Notes under the pieces: generated by a model | The model's database searches: none | What the model was told of the DNA's origin: nothing | The model's input: only the letters and a program-made list of their open reading frames with translations | Part shown: piece after piece, positions 1 through 13,541 of the stretch | Layout: every line of letters begins with the position of its first letter | How positions within the stretch are numbered: position 1 is the first letter of the stretch | Position numbers and translations under genes: made by a program | From: Gracilinanus agilis | Taxonomy: Eukaryota | Assembly (NCBI RefSeq): GCF_016433145.1 | Contig: NC_058132.1 | Coordinates: forward strand, 490,964,049 to 491,028,048 | Direction: 5' to 3' | Length of the DNA: 64,000 nt

Positions 1-44
1 TTTCCTTTCCTTTCCTTTCCTTTCCTTTCCTTTCCTTTCCTTTC
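1..44 (+). repeat. (TTTCC)n microsatellite
   Basis: Perfect TTTCC repeats at the window start. Confidence 0.95.
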
Positions 45-1974
45 CATTTTCTCCTTTCCTTTTTTTTTAAGCTATTCCACCAATCCCAGGGATTGGAATA
101 AAGATTTAAAGCCTTTCATTCTAAGGTAATAGAAATAGAAGTTAAAACAATAAATGTTTGAAGAGAAACACTCATTCTGAACTTTGAGCCTACAGAATTG
201 CTTTTGCCTTGTGCCAAGCCCAGAATGTTGCGCATTTATGGACCTTTAGGCTCACGTTATCTCATGTGAAAGGCATTTGACTTTTAGTGATAGATTGTAA
301 AAGGGATGTTGACATCAATGCTGAAGAGATGATCTGGTCATTGAAGTCCCTCTCTCTATTGCAGAGACAGCCTGGGTTCAGCAGAGGGCAGCCTTCAGGA
401 TGTAGGCTAATGAATGAGTAATGACTAAGGAAAGATTAGCTGACTGGCTTGGCCTCTCCACAGCCAGAAGTTAGGGAGAGGTTAAACAGCAGGAGAAAGA
501 ATCTGGGTGAGTTTCACAGGAGCCTAAGGGAAAAGAACAGATTGATATAGGAACAGTTTGTGATGGTTGTTTATTCATAGGAAAATGAGAAGCCTATGTA
601 CCACATAGACAACAGCATGGAGAAGCAGCTAAGATATAGAAAGAGCTGATAGAACCAGCAATCAAGGCTTGTTAATGTCATTCAGTCTAATAGGGAAGTG
701 AAAGACGTTTCAAGAAGAAAACTAGGAAAGAGTTTTCCTTTCGGTAAAGTTGGGGGAGGGGGAGTGTAAGGAAAAAAAGAAAAGGGAATTTTTTTAGATT
801 TATTTGCTTTTTCTTTAAATCTATATCACCTGGTTTTTAGTCATCCTCTGAAATGTTTCTTTGTGGCATATTAAGATCGATAAGAAGATACAGGATTTTA
901 GCACCCTTAATCCCCTGCTACAGGAACCAAGGTAACTTGTTTTTTTTTTTTTATTTGTTTTCCAGAGGGAGGGAATATATGTATATTTTTATTAATTATA
1001 ATATATTATAATAAATGAATTTGTTTTGTATATCTTCAAATAGTTCCACTGCTACTCAGCTGTAACCAGATATTTACTTGTTTGAAATTTATCTTAGTTC
1101 AAAGGACATGACTGTTTTTCCCCCTATTGAATATCCTGAATAGACTTCAGCATTTGAAATTTATGGGAACTGTTTTTATATCAGTATGATGAGTTCTTCA
1201 GTAGTTAATACCTTCTAAATCTTTGTCATTAAGTGTAGGAGAAAAATATCTCAAAGGGCATTTCCTGGTGGGAATGAATAATTTTGTTTATTCATAACAG
1301 ATTTAAATGTTTATGATTTTGTGATTTGTCATTTCTTTCTACTTTAAAACAGATTTGTGGTCAGAATCTTAGTTTAGGGAAAATAAATTACATCTTAAAT
1401 ATTTAAAGAATCATAAATTAAACATAATTAATTAAATATGAATTAGTTGGATGCAGTTTGATTACATGTTGAGGGTGGTGCTAAATGCAAGACAAAAATG
1501 TATACAGTCACATATTACTCATTTTCCCCTAAAACCTCAGGATTACAATCCAGTGGAAATCCTTTTCCATCCAACTAGAAACTCAGTGCTATAATTATGA
1601 CCTAAAATCAGCATCTGATTCCCATCATATCTTTCTTATGACTCTATCCACATTCATAATACCCCAGAGTGTTTTCATCCTAGAAGACATATAATAAATG
1701 TGTCTTGAATGTTCAATGTATAAACGTCCTGATCACTTTTCTTCCTATTCTCTCTCACCATGACATCTGTCTTTTAGGCAATTCCACCACACTTTTCTCA
1801 CCAAGTTCCTGCCATCTAGTTAGCAAATGTCTGAGCAAATTATCATACCTTCAAAATATAGCGCTAACCCTCTACAAAAGTAATATAACAGGTAGTGGAG
1901 GGAGCATAAAGATAAGTAAGACATTGTCCCTATCTCATTGAATTTATAGATAGATGAGAATAATAACTAAAATA

Positions 1975-2170
1975 TATCTAATTGTTGTTTGGTTGTTTAT
2001 TCTTTTCAAAGAATTTTTCACATACAGTGTTTTACTCAATTTTCATAAAAACACCAAAAGAAAGTGAGATCAGATGTTCCATTCAACATCTGGAGAAACT
2101 GAGGCACTGAGAGATGAAAAGATTTACCTAAAAGCAAATTGGTGAACTAGGAATAGCATTCAGGCCTTTG
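1975..2170 (-). mobile_element. Old MIR-type CORE-SINE
   Basis: Degenerate core gagaaactgaggcactgagagatgaaaagatttacc. Confidence 0.6.
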
Positions 2171-2779
2171 GGCTCTTGATTGACCTAGGTCAAGGACCTG
2201 TCCACCACAAGGAGGCAGATCAGAGTCCTCTCTGATGCTTCTAGTTCTCTGCCAAAGTATTTCCAAAGTCTAGTAGAACTAATTTGCTCTTTTAGGTCAT
2301 CAGGTTATCAAGTAACTAAAATATCTTATATCAGAAAGTATTCTAGTTGTGTTATAAGCTTTGGATGCATCATCTCATGTCTAAAAGTTTCGTGAGGTCA
2401 AAAATGATTATTGAGTTCTTAAAAGAGCTTAGGAGGCTAGACTCAAAGAACCTCAGAGTTGAAAGGTACTCTCAGATGCTCTGTCCAAATTGTACTTGAA
2501 CAACAATTCCCTCTACAGCATACCTCACAAATGGTTGTTAAGCCTTAAAAACTCTTGGTGAAGAGGAACTCACTAGCTCCTGAGTAATATGTGCATCTCA
2601 GATTCTTTCTGAGCACCAGTAAAAAGATGTCTTTATCCAGGATTGCCAGTTGCTAACTATTGTCCTTATGGCTTTTCTTAGAGGTTTCTTTAATGTTAAT
2701 AGTTCCTTCAAAGGAGAAAAGGGAAGAAGGCAACCTTTTGATGATTGACCTTTCACTCTGGAAGTCTTGCTTGCTACTC

Positions 2780-3770
2780 AAGGCACTATAGGAGATTATG
2801 TCTGAAACAGAACTTAATATCTCCCACTCTGATTTCACCTCTCTCTTAAACTTTCTTATTTCTGTTGAGGGTATGACCATCCTTCTACTTACTGAGGTTC
2901 ATAGCTTCAAAAGTTTTATTGATTTTTAACCTTTTCTGCTCCCTCAGTTACCATATTTCTGTTTCTGCATATCTCTCATCCTTCCTCTTGACTTTACTCA
3001 AATAGCCATCACTTCTTACCTAGACCACTGCTTGTTGTTGTTTTTTAATTGTGTCCAATTCCTTGTGACCCCATTTGGAATTTTCTTTTGGCAAAGAAAC
3101 TAAAGGGCTTTCCCATTTCCTTCTCCAGTTCCTTTTACAGATGAGGAAACTGAGGCAAACAGGGTTAACTGTCACAAAGCTAGTAAGTGCCCAAGGCTGG
3201 ATTTGAATACAGGAAGACAAGTCTTCCTGACTGCAGAAAATTATGGTATATTCTTCTTTGGTTTTTCTGCTTCCAGACATTCTTTTTCCCAATCCTTCTC
3301 CCATATATCTGTGAATTAATATTTTTAAAAACCAGGAACTAAACATGCCACTCCTTTGCTGAAAAATCTTCAGTAATTACTTGTTGCCTCCAGAATAAAA
3401 TCAAATTCTTCCACATGGCATTGAATCTTTCTTTAATCTTGATTCCATTCTAACTTTTAGATTTCCTATTACTCACTTTCATGTATTCTGTATTCCAGCC
3501 AACAAGCCTACCAGCTGTTACCCAAATTCAACATTACCCATCTCCATGTCTTTGCAAGGCTATTCTCAGTTCACTTCTTATCTCCATGTGTTTTTTTTAG
3601 TTATTCCCAGGTATTAAATCTCTCTCCCTACTCAAATTCCCTTGTATTTACTTCTCTGTACATATTATCTATCCTACCCACTCACCCACCCCATGGAATG
3701 TAAGTTCCATAAGGGCAAAGGATGTTATATTTCTTCAGTGTCTACCACACCTTAATATATGTCAGATTTA
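2780..3770 (+). mobile_element. L2 LINE fragment (interrupted by a Mar1 SINE)
   Basis: L2-like segments atgtctgaaacagaactt..., catgccactcctttgctgaaaaatcttcag and gaatgtaagttccataagggca. Confidence 0.65.
3035..3245 (-). mobile_element. Mar1 SINE
   Basis: ttgtgaccccatttgg...catttccttctccag...ttttacagatgaggaaactgaggcaaacagggttaa. Confidence 0.8.
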
Positions 3771-5185
3771 ATTAGACTACAAATAGATTAACACCCTTCA
3801 GAGACATGGTCCTTGTTTGTTACCAGGTTTTTGAAGATTTTTTTAGAAAGAATTTGCAATAGCAGGAATTGGGTCGATTTGCCTAAAAATTCTTTCTAAG
3901 ATCTGCTTTAAATTCTGGCTATTTATTATCTATATGATTTAGGGCAAAAATCACTTACGCTTTCTGGCTTTCTGGGGTTTTTGTTTGTTTGTTTGTTCGT
4001 TAATCTACAAAACCAGTGGGTTGGACTATTTGATGTCTTTAGGCCCATTTTCCAGTTAAGCCCTGTGATCTTTGATCTCATGAATCTGAGTTTGCTGCCT
4101 TCATTTAAAAATGAAAGTAATGTTCTCTTGAAGATTATTGCTTGTCCCCTGTCCATAATAAGCAGTAAGCAGATTGGGTTTTTGTTTTGTTTCTTTTTGT
4201 TGTTTTCTAGGCAAAGGATATTCATATAAAGACTTGTAAATACACTTATGCAATGGTAGGGAGAATGCACTTAATGGGGAGGTGGGGCTGCTCCTTGTTA
4301 CTGAAACAGAATGGAAATGATTGATTGTTCTGTCATTCCAGCAAGCTCCTCTACATGAGGTATAATGATGCTTACCTTCACAGTGGCAATCTCAATTCCT
4401 TTGTCACAATTGCCAGGTATTTCTCCTCTAGTCAGGTTTTGGAAGGCAAAGACCTGGCCAGGAGGATATATTATATTGTGATGGGAGAAAAGAAAACAGA
4501 CAGATATGGAGAGTCGGGGGGAGGGGGTAGATGGGTAAGGGATGTGTGGAGAGACTAAAAGGGAGTGGTGAAGGGAGACTCATCTTTTCTCCACACCCAG
4601 AAAGGTCCTAACTAGCACCCTCCTGAGCCTGAAGGAAAGGATCAGGCTGAACATGCCATCTTCTTGGCATTGGGACATAGGTGGTATAGGAAAAAAATAA
4701 GACACAGAATACTCTACTTCTGTAATATTCACATAATGTGTCCCTTTTTTCTCCCTGGAAAACAAGCTAATAATTGTGGCATCTCCATAGTCTAAAGCTA
4801 CATATAATCCATTGAATTTTGTGGACAAAAAGGGGCTTTCTCCTCATCTTGGAGAAACATTGATGTGAGATTTCTTCATTTGTGACCTTAGATTGATGGG
4901 CAAGTGATGTTTATGTGGAAGGACTATTAGTATTTTGATTTATCTTCAGTAATAGTTATGCCCTTCTGGGCACAGAGAGAAAATGAACCCATACCTTTTA
5001 TCTTAAGCCCTTTTCTTTCTCTGGCGAGAGAGATTGGAACATATTACTGGAAACAGTTCTGATGCTATTACTCTGTGATATGGTGCTGGGATATGTGAAA
5101 AAGTTTTAAGATTGTAGATGGTTATTATGAGGAATCAGGGAAGGGAGGTAAGAGGCATTTCCTCAGTGAAGAGAGGAGAGGGAAC

Positions 5186-5440
5186 AAGCATTTTTTAAAG
5201 CACCTACTTAATGCTAGGAACTCTGCTAAGTATTTTACAAATAGTATCTCATTTGATCCTCACAACAATCCTGGGAGTTAGAGGCTATTATTATCCCCGT
5301 TTTACAGTTGGAAAAAAATGAGAAAGATAGAGGTTAAGTGACTTTCCCAAAGCTATGAAGTTTCTGAAGCCATGTTTGAGCTCGGGTCTTCTCATCTCCA
5401 GCTCCAGAACTTTATCCATTGTACCACCTAGCTGCTTCCT
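5186..5440 (-). mobile_element. MIR-type CORE-SINE, near full length
   Basis: atctcatttgatcctcacaacaatcctggg...ttttacag...aggttaagtgact...ccacctagctgc. Confidence 0.8.
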
Positions 5441-5704
5441 TAGTGAGAAATAGGGGCTGATCTAAATTGCAGAAAATTATTCAGAATTACTAATTGCTGT
5501 GGTGCTTGAAAATAGGAGAACCACCTGTCAGATCCTGGCATCCTAGGAACCAAATCCAAGGTGCAATTAGGAGAGATGTGCATGCTGTATGTAGTATAGG
5601 CAGGATGGTTTAGAAATGGTTTGTTGATTGATCTTCTTTGTGTCCTTACATAGAGGGAGATTGAAATGCTCTCTGTTCTAACCTCCGAGTCTTAGAATCC
5701 CTAG

Positions 5705-6010
5705 CTTTCTTCAGGGCTCAGCTCAAATGCAATATCCTTCAAGGGACTCAATCCTAATTCTTCTAGCTTTTAGTCCCTCTGCTCACGAAAAAACAAACAA
5801 ACCAAAAAAAACCACATTGTACCTAAAGTATATATCCTATTTATGTTATTCTAAATTATTATATTTATATTATATTGTTTTGTTCGCATTTTATCTTCAG
5901 TAGAATGTAAATTCCTTGAGGACAAGACTATCCCATTTGCTTTAATATTACTGCCATTGAGCATAGTGCCAGGCACCTTGTAGGCATTTAATAAATATTT
6001 ATTGATTGAG
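5705..6010 (+). mobile_element. L2 3' end
   Basis: gaatgtaaattccttgaggaca...gcatagtgccaggcacc...taataaatatttattgattga. Confidence 0.75.
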
Positions 6011-6085
6011 GCAAAAGCCAATTGGGAGACAGTTGATAGCAGGATTTAAATCAGACATTTCAACAAATACTTATTAAGTAGTAAC

Positions 6086-6213
6086 TTTTTTTTTCTAAAA
6101 AGAGTGATAAGGGCTAGGCAATGGAGGTTAAGGTCCAGGATCACACAGCTAGCAACATTGGAACCCAGGTCTCTAGACCTGGCTCTCAAACCACTGAGCC
6201 ATCTAGTTGCCTC
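6086..6213 (-). mobile_element. SINE1_Mdo-type SINE (deleted copy)
   Basis: agagtgataagggctaggcaatggaggttaag...ggctctcaaaccactgagccatctagttgcc. Confidence 0.75.
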
Positions 6214-7449
6214 CTAAGTACCAATTTAGTCAAAGAAAGTATTGTGCTGTGTGTTGGGGATATACAAAGCCCAAAACAAAACATCCTCTGCCTTCAACAG
6301 GCTTTCATTCCATTGGGTTAGTTACTGAAAAGCCTGAAAAAAATGCTAGAACTAAGAAGTCCAATTACCCTAATGTGCACAAAAACACTGGGTAGTTACT
6401 CAAACTTTTTAAATGTGGGATCCTCAGAAAGAATATAGGTTCAATCTAGTGCAGCAAAAGAACAGATTGAGCTAATAATGCTGGATCTTGGGACTGTATC
6501 TAAGTTTGTTCGAAGGTTCATGAGGAAACTCAACCCAAGAAGCTGCCCAAAATGTTCCTGGAGCAAAACTGGGTTCACTTGCTGGCTATTACTGCCTGTT
6601 AAAAACATCAGCAATAGGACAGAGTGGAATCCATGTCCTTAGCTAACATCTGACTCATTTTACATAGGCTTGCCAGAGACACAGTGTGAGTAGCAAAAAC
6701 TCGAACATCAGGTAGCCCCACGCCCCAGTACTTTAAGATTTTAGGTACTCATTGTCTGTGTGAGAGCAGACTGACATGCCTACCGCTGAGATTTGTCATC
6801 ATTGATCAAAAACCCAGAGGGAGAGTACTCTGTTGTAACCAGGCCTCCTACCCTAAATTGCTCCTGAGCATCCTTATTCTCACTGCCTCCCTGATCAGCC
6901 GGGTCCAGCAGTCTGTGTAAATACTGCCTTAAATGGGGAACTATGGGCTGAGAGACCATCAACAGATACTTAGCTTTGTCCCCCTACACACACACATGCA
7001 CGCACACATGCATATCTATCTTGGCTATAAGTAAAGAGAACAAGCTATTCAAAGTCCCTTCCCATCCCTCAAAAGACTACGTAAGTGGCAGTGGGTTAAG
7101 AGGCATGGAAGATGGCACCCTCTGTCCATAAATGAGCTCTACAGGCATTCTGGTACCTCTGCTTCCCAGCCACCTGAGTTACAGATGGATACACCTCACA
7201 CTAATTCATAGAAACTATCTTCTATGGGCAAGTTTCTCAGGAATTGAGCCTGAGAAGAGTCAGGTATTACATCATTTCCTATGTTTATGTTTTTCACAAA
7301 TCACTGATTTTTTTTAATATTTAAATCTTCTTTTAGGATTCTCCTTTTTTTTCCATCAAATATCACACTTATCTTTACTCCATGGGTGGTGTGTTTTGCC
7401 CCAAGTATACTTAAGAATTGCAGTTTCTTCCACAACATACTCCAATTCT

Positions 7450-7637
7450 GGGATTAACTGGGTGGCTCAGTGGATTGAGAACCAGACCCAGAGATGGGAG
7501 ATCTTGAGTTCAAATTTGGCCTCAGATACTTCCTAGCTATATGACCTTGGACAAGTCATTTAACCTCCATTGCCTAGCCTTTACCATTCTTTTGCCTTGG
7601 AACCAATACACCATAAGGTAAGGGTTTAGAAAAAAAA
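7450..7637 (+). mobile_element. SINE1_Mdo-type SINE (duplicated at 10446-10633)
   Basis: tgggtggctcagtggattgagaaccag...ttgccttggaaccaatacac...aaggtaagggtttag + A tail. Confidence 0.85.
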
Positions 7638-9079
7638 GTTACTCCATTTCTTGAATCCATGCCTTTTTACAGATTACATCCCATGTCTGGAGTATGCTCT
7701 CTCTTTGCTTCCTTCTTTTGGCTTCTCTGGTTTCCCTCGAGACACCCTTCTTCAAGAGGCTTTTCCTGGACATTTCAACTATAGTACCTTCTCTTAGAGA
7801 TCACCTTCCATTTACTGTGTATATAAACAATACCTCTTGTTTATATAGTAAGTGGAACATATATAGTAAATGGAATGTATATACATATGTCTCATATATC
7901 TGTACCTTTTATATATCTGTATTTTGTTTATATACATCTATGTCATATATAATGTTATATATAAATAATATATATATATTGTTTTTACATAATTATTTAC
8001 ATGCTGTTTCCTTCAATAAATTATAAGCTCCTAGAGGGCAGGGATCATGATTTTGCCTTTTCTTTTATCTCCAGCATTTAGTATAATACTTGGGACATTA
8101 TAAGCACTTAATAAATATTTGCTGACTAACTGATGAAGACAGTTAATTTACTCTTGTTGCTCCAATCTTCTACCAATCCCACACCTTCAACATTTAACTT
8201 AGAACAGTAAATATAAGCTAAGATATATATTACTTTATAGCTATTTTCCTTTTCTATCTGAAAGAAAGCTGGCTAGAAAGAGAATGGTGTTCTGAGAAGT
8301 TTTCACTCATGTTAACACTTGTTAAACCCAGACACAAAGAGGAAACTGTAACCCAATTGTGGTTTTCTTTAAGGATCTTAACATGTAAAAAAAAATTTAA
8401 GTGGAATCAGGGTGCTTACCTGTCCACTTTTTATAGGGAAAAACAGCATTGTATAATAGCTAGCTAGGATGTTAAACTTGGAATCAGGAGAACTGAGTTC
8501 AAATCTGTGCTTTCAGTACATACTAGCTGGATGACTTAGGGATGTACCACTTAACCTCATAAAGCCTCTCAGGTTCCTTATCTAGAAAAATCCAAATTTC
8601 CTGAGCATCTGAGACTTCTCACAAGAAGAATACCATGGCCTCTTTTTCCAATCATATTTCTTGGCTGGAAAATGTAAAGGATGTGTGTAGGTTTCCTCAT
8701 TGAAAATATGGACAATGAGAACCTGGGAAACATACATTACTGCAAGAATTTTCATGAAAATGAGATTTTTTTAATGTTTTGGTTTGAAACTGATTTCATT
8801 GAAAACTCCCTTTGTCATTACAATGTGACTTTTGACATTCTAGACAAATATGAGGTGTGTTTTTGTTATTTTTATTAATCAATGTTTTCTCCAAAAGCAG
8901 GAAGAATAGAAAATACTTGGGTTTTGTTTGTTTGTTTGTTCTTAGCAAGTAGTTAATGTGACAATAAAGTAATAGGAATAGTTTTCAGGAAAATCTTCAT
9001 TGTTTTGCTATGGAATAGTTTGTGTATACACAAGAGTTGGATGAATATAACCAGGAAGAGAAAAATAGGAAGTCATGAC

Positions 9080-9330
9080 TGATTAGATTGAGTGCTGAGT
9101 GAGTTAGGGATACTAAAAGCTTATATTTAAAGATTATTTGATTGAAAGTCGAAAGTTATCTAGGGAAGTGGATAGCTGGCTATGGGAATGGTTTCTGAGA
9201 ACAAGATTTAGTTCTATAGACCATACTTTAAAACAGAGAAATAATAGACCCTTGGCCAGGGATGGAGTTCACATAACAAGGGTTGGCAAAAAGTCTCTCC
9301 AGTCTGATCAAAGATTGCTAATTTAGAACT
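9080..9330 (+). mobile_element. L3/CR1 LINE ORF1 3' end (SGNH esterase-like relic; duplicated at 12076-12326)
   Basis: ORF 9138-9326 reads ...WLWEWFLRTRFSSIDHTLKQRNNRPLARDGVHITRVGK, matching the CR1 ORF1 C-terminal WLxxWC...DH...DGVHLT motif. Confidence 0.7.
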
Positions 9331-12300
9331 AGAAGGAAGCTTAGAGATTGTAGGATCATTTTGGACTGGGTAAGAGGGTGGAGAAGGGATAGAAATAGCA
9401 CTGTATATTAAGAAGATGCACTGGTAAAATCCAAGAATCTAAGTGGATAAGCCTGTTATAGAGCAATAGTGGCAAACAAATAAAAATGGTTCCCTGACTT
9501 ATGAGAAATCCAAATATATATATATATATATANAGAAGCTGCCCAAAATGTTCCTGGAGCAAAACTGGGTTCACTTGCTGGCTATTACTGCCTGTTAAAA
9601 ACATCAGCAATAGGACAGAGTGGAATCCATGTCCTTAGCTAACATCTGACTCATTTTACATAGGCTTGCCAGAGACACAGTGTGAGTAGCAAAAACTCGA
9701 ACATCAGGTAGCCCCACGCCCCAGTACTTTAAGATTTTAGGTACTCATTGTCTGTGTGAGAGCAGACTGACATGCCTACCGCTGAGATTTGTCATCATTG
9801 ATCAAAAACCCAGAGGGAGAGTACTCTGTTGTAACCAGGCCTCCTACCCTAAATTGCTCCTGAGCATCCTTATTCTCACTGCCTCCCTGATCAGCCGGGT
9901 CCAGCAGTCTGTGTAAATACTGCCTTAAATGGGGAACTATGGGCTGAGAGACCATCAACAGATACTTAGCTTTGTCCCCCTACACACACACATGCACGCA
10001 CACATGCATATCTATCTTGGCTATAAGTAAAGAGAACAAGCTATTCAAAGTCCCTTCCCATCCCTCAAAAGACTACGTAAGTGGCAGTGGGTTAAGAGGC
10101 ATGGAAGATGGCACCCTCTGTCCATAAATGAGCTCTACAGGCATTCTGGTACCTCTGCTTCCCAGCCACCTGAGTTACAGATGGATACACCTCACACTAA
10201 TTCATAGAAACTATCTTCTATGGACAAGTTTCTCAGGAATTGAGCCTGAGAAGAGTCAGGTATTACATCATTTCCTATGTTTATGTTTTTCACAAATCAC
10301 TGATTTTTTTTAATATTTAAATCTTCTTTTAGGATTCTCCTTTTTTTTCCATCAAATATCACACTTATCTTTACTCCATGGGTGGTGTGTTTTGCCCCAA
10401 GTATACTTAAGAATTGCAGTTTCTTCCACAACATACTCCAATTCTGGGATTAACTGGGTGGCTCAGTGGATTGAGAACCAGACCCAGAGATGGGAGATCT
10501 TGAGTTCAAATTTGGCCTCAGATACTTCCTAGCTATATGACCTTGGACAAGTCATTTAACCTCCATTGCCTAGCCTTTACCATTCTTTTGCCTTGGAACC
10601 AATACACCATAAGGTAAGGGTTTAGAAAAAAAAGTTACTCCATTTCTTGAATCCATGCCTTTTTACAGATTACATCCCATGTCTGGAGTATGCTCTCTCT
10701 TTGCTTCCTTCTTTTGGCTTCTCTGGTTTCCCTCGAGACACCCTTCTTCAAGAGGCTTTTCCTGGACATTTCAACTATAGTACCTTCTCTTAGAGATCAC
10801 CTTGCATTTACTGTGTATATAAACAATACCTCTTGTTTATATAGTAAGTGAAACATATATAGTAAATGGAATGTATATACATATGTCTCATATATCTGTA
10901 CCTTTTATATATCTGTATTTTGTTTATATACATCTATGTCATATATAATGTTATATATAAATAATATATATATATTGTTTTTACATAATTATTTACATGC
11001 TGTTTCCTTCAATAAATTATAAGCTCCTAGAGGGCAGGGATCATGATTTTGCCTTTTCTTTTATCTCCAGCATTTAGTATAATACTTGGGACATTATAAG
11101 CACTTAATAAATATTTGCTGACTAACTGATGAAGACAGTTAATTTACTCTTGTTGCTCCAATCTTCTACCAATCCCACACCTTCAACATTTAACTTAGAA
11201 CAGTAAATATAAGCTAAGATATATATTACTTTATAGCTATTTTCCTTTTCTATCTGAAAGAAAGCTGGCTAGAAAGAGAATGGTGTTCTGAGAAGTTTTC
11301 ACTCATGTTAACACTTGTTAAACCCAGACACAAAGAGGAAACTGTAACCCAATTGTGGTTTTCTTTAAGGATCTTAACATGTAAAAAAAAATTTAAGTGG
11401 AATCAGGGTGCTTACCTGTCCACTTTTTATAGGGAAAAACAGCATTGTATAATAGCTAGCTAGGATGTTAAACTTGGAATCAGGAGAACTGAGTTCAAAT
11501 CTGTGCTTTCAGTACATACTAGCTGGATGACTTAGGGATGTACCACTTAACCTCATAAAGCCTCTCAGGTTCCTTATCTAGAAAAATCCAAATTTCCTGA
11601 GCATCTGAGACTTCTCACAAGAAGAATACCATGGCCTCTTTTTCCAATCATATTTCTTGGCTGGAAAATGTAAAGGATGTGTGTAGGTTTCCTCATTGAA
11701 AATATGGACAATGAGAACCTGGGAAACATACATTACTGCAAGAATTTTCATGAAAATGAGATTTTTTTAATGTTTTGGTTTGAAACTGATTTCATTGAAA
11801 ACTCCCTTTGTCATTACAATGTGACTTTTGACATTCTAGACAAATATGAGGTGTGTTTTTGTTATTTTTATTAATCAATGTTTTCTCCAAAAGCAGGAAG
11901 AATAGAAAATACTTGGGTTTTGTTTGTTTGTTTGTTCTTAGCAAGTAGTTAATGTGACAATAAAGTAATAGGAATAGTTTTCAGGAAAATCTTCATTGTT
12001 TTGCTATGGAATAGTTTGTGTATACACAAGAGTTGGATGAATATAACCAGGAAGAGAAAAATAGGAAGTCATGACTGATTAGATTGAGTGCTGAGTGAGT
12101 TAGGGATACTAAAAGCTTATATTTAAAGATTATTTGATTGAAAGTCGAAAGTTATCTAGGGAAGTGGATAGCTGGCTATGGGAATGGTTTCTGAGAACAA
12201 GATTTAGTTCTATAGACCATACTTTAAAACAGAGAAATAATAGACCCTTGGCCAGGGATGGAGTTCACATAACAAGGGTTGGCAAAAAGTCTCTCCAGTC

Positions 12301-12509
12301 TGATCAAAGATTGCTAATTTAGAACTAGAAGGAAGCTTAGAGATTGTAGGATCATTTTGGACTGGGTAAGAGGGTGGAGAAGGGATAGAAATAGCACTGT
12401 ATATTAAGAAGATGCACTGGTAAAATCCAAGAATCTAAGTGGATAAGCCTGTTATAGAGCAATAGTGGCAAACAAATAAAAATGGTTCCCTGACTTATGA
12501 GAAATCCAA

Positions 12510-12510
<1 letters not shown>

Positions 12511-12544
<34 letters not shown>

Positions 12545-12557
12545 CATATATATATAT
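12511..12557 (+). repeat. (TA)n microsatellite, compound
   Basis: Direct reading. A truncated copy at 9515-9532 ends at the N. Confidence 0.95.
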
Positions 12558-13316
12558 CATTAAGTAGGAGAAAAAATTTTACCTATGTTATCTGATTATT
12601 GAGATCCTAAAATCTATTTTTAAATTATCCAACCCTCTAATCTTATTTATTTGCATGGTTATAAAGTTTCTAGCCTGGGTTAGGGTAGAATGTAGCATCT
12701 TGGATTTATGAAAATAAATATGAATGATGGTGATTATATCAAAGAGGTTAAATGCAGTTGGGATCTGTATTTTAAAAAAATAATATATTCCTTAGGAAAA
12801 TATTTTAGAAAGGACTGATGTCATTATTTTCCTTATCCTAATATAAAACATTTTAGAAGTGAAAGATAAATAAATTCTGGGCCCTCCAATATGAGATTAT
12901 TCTGTTATATAATTTACCAGTAAGTCTGGTTGCTTTAGAATTCTTTTTCGATTATAGGTGTCAGATTTTTTTAATGGATTAAGGATATATAAATATAAGT
13001 AAAAATACAGTTATATATGGTCAGAAAACTCTTAATAGATCTCTAGTTCCTAAAACGGATTAATGATTCAGTTGGAAAAAACAGTGGCAGCAAGCATTTT
13101 ATGTCTGTAATATACGAATATATATGTATACACATAGACACATATATAAATATATATCAAAATCAGGATGTTAGGAAATATTCTATTTTTTCCTTCTGAA
13201 GCACTTAAGCAGAGGAGGTGCTGCTTTGATTGATAGAAAGAATTTGATTGATAGACATTGATAGAAGGAATCTGCTTATTAAAAATTCCTTATATTTTTG
13301 TCTCTATTGCATTTTG

Positions 13317-13541
13317 GGGCAGCGGTTAGAGAAAGTCAGGAAGACCTGAGTTCAAAAATTCAGCCTCAAATAATTACTAGCTGTGTGACATTGAGAAGTC
13401 ATTTAACCCTGTTTGCCTCAGTTTACTCATCTGCCAAAAGAGCTGGAGAAGGAAATGGCAAATCACTCCAGTATCTTTTCTGAGAAAACCCCAAATGAAG
13501 TCAAGAAATGTCAGACTTGACTGAAAATGACTAAAACACAA
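13317..13541 (+). mobile_element. Mar1 SINE
   Basis: ggggcagc...agctggagaaggaaatggcaaatcactccagtatc...gactgaaaatgact. Confidence 0.85.

Larger units (their letters stand above)
6538..12528 (+). repeat. Near-perfect tandem duplication, period 2996 bp (6538-9532, N at 9533, 9534-12528); probable assembly artefact
   Basis: Copies and duplicated ORFs are offset by exactly 2996. I saw only 3 substitutions (7228G/10224A, 7808C/10804G, 7855G/10851A). There is a single N at the junction. Confidence 0.9.

Noticed and set aside
4516-4541. G-quadruplex motif G6-A-G5-TAGAT-G3-TAA-G3
   Set aside because: Such motifs are common in mammalian introns; nothing indicates function.
7075-7086. Strong donor-like site AC|GTAAGT
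   Set aside because: No matching acceptor, coding signal or promoter evidence; such hexamers are frequent.
6780-12322. Four pairs of identical or near-identical ORFs suggesting a duplicated gene cluster
   Set aside because: All are offset by 2996 bp and come from the N-joined duplication. They are short and lack recognisable domains, apart from the CR1 ORF1 relic.
12600-12900. Possible L3 ORF2 3' remnant that would pair with the ORF1 relic
   Set aside because: Too degenerate to support by eye.
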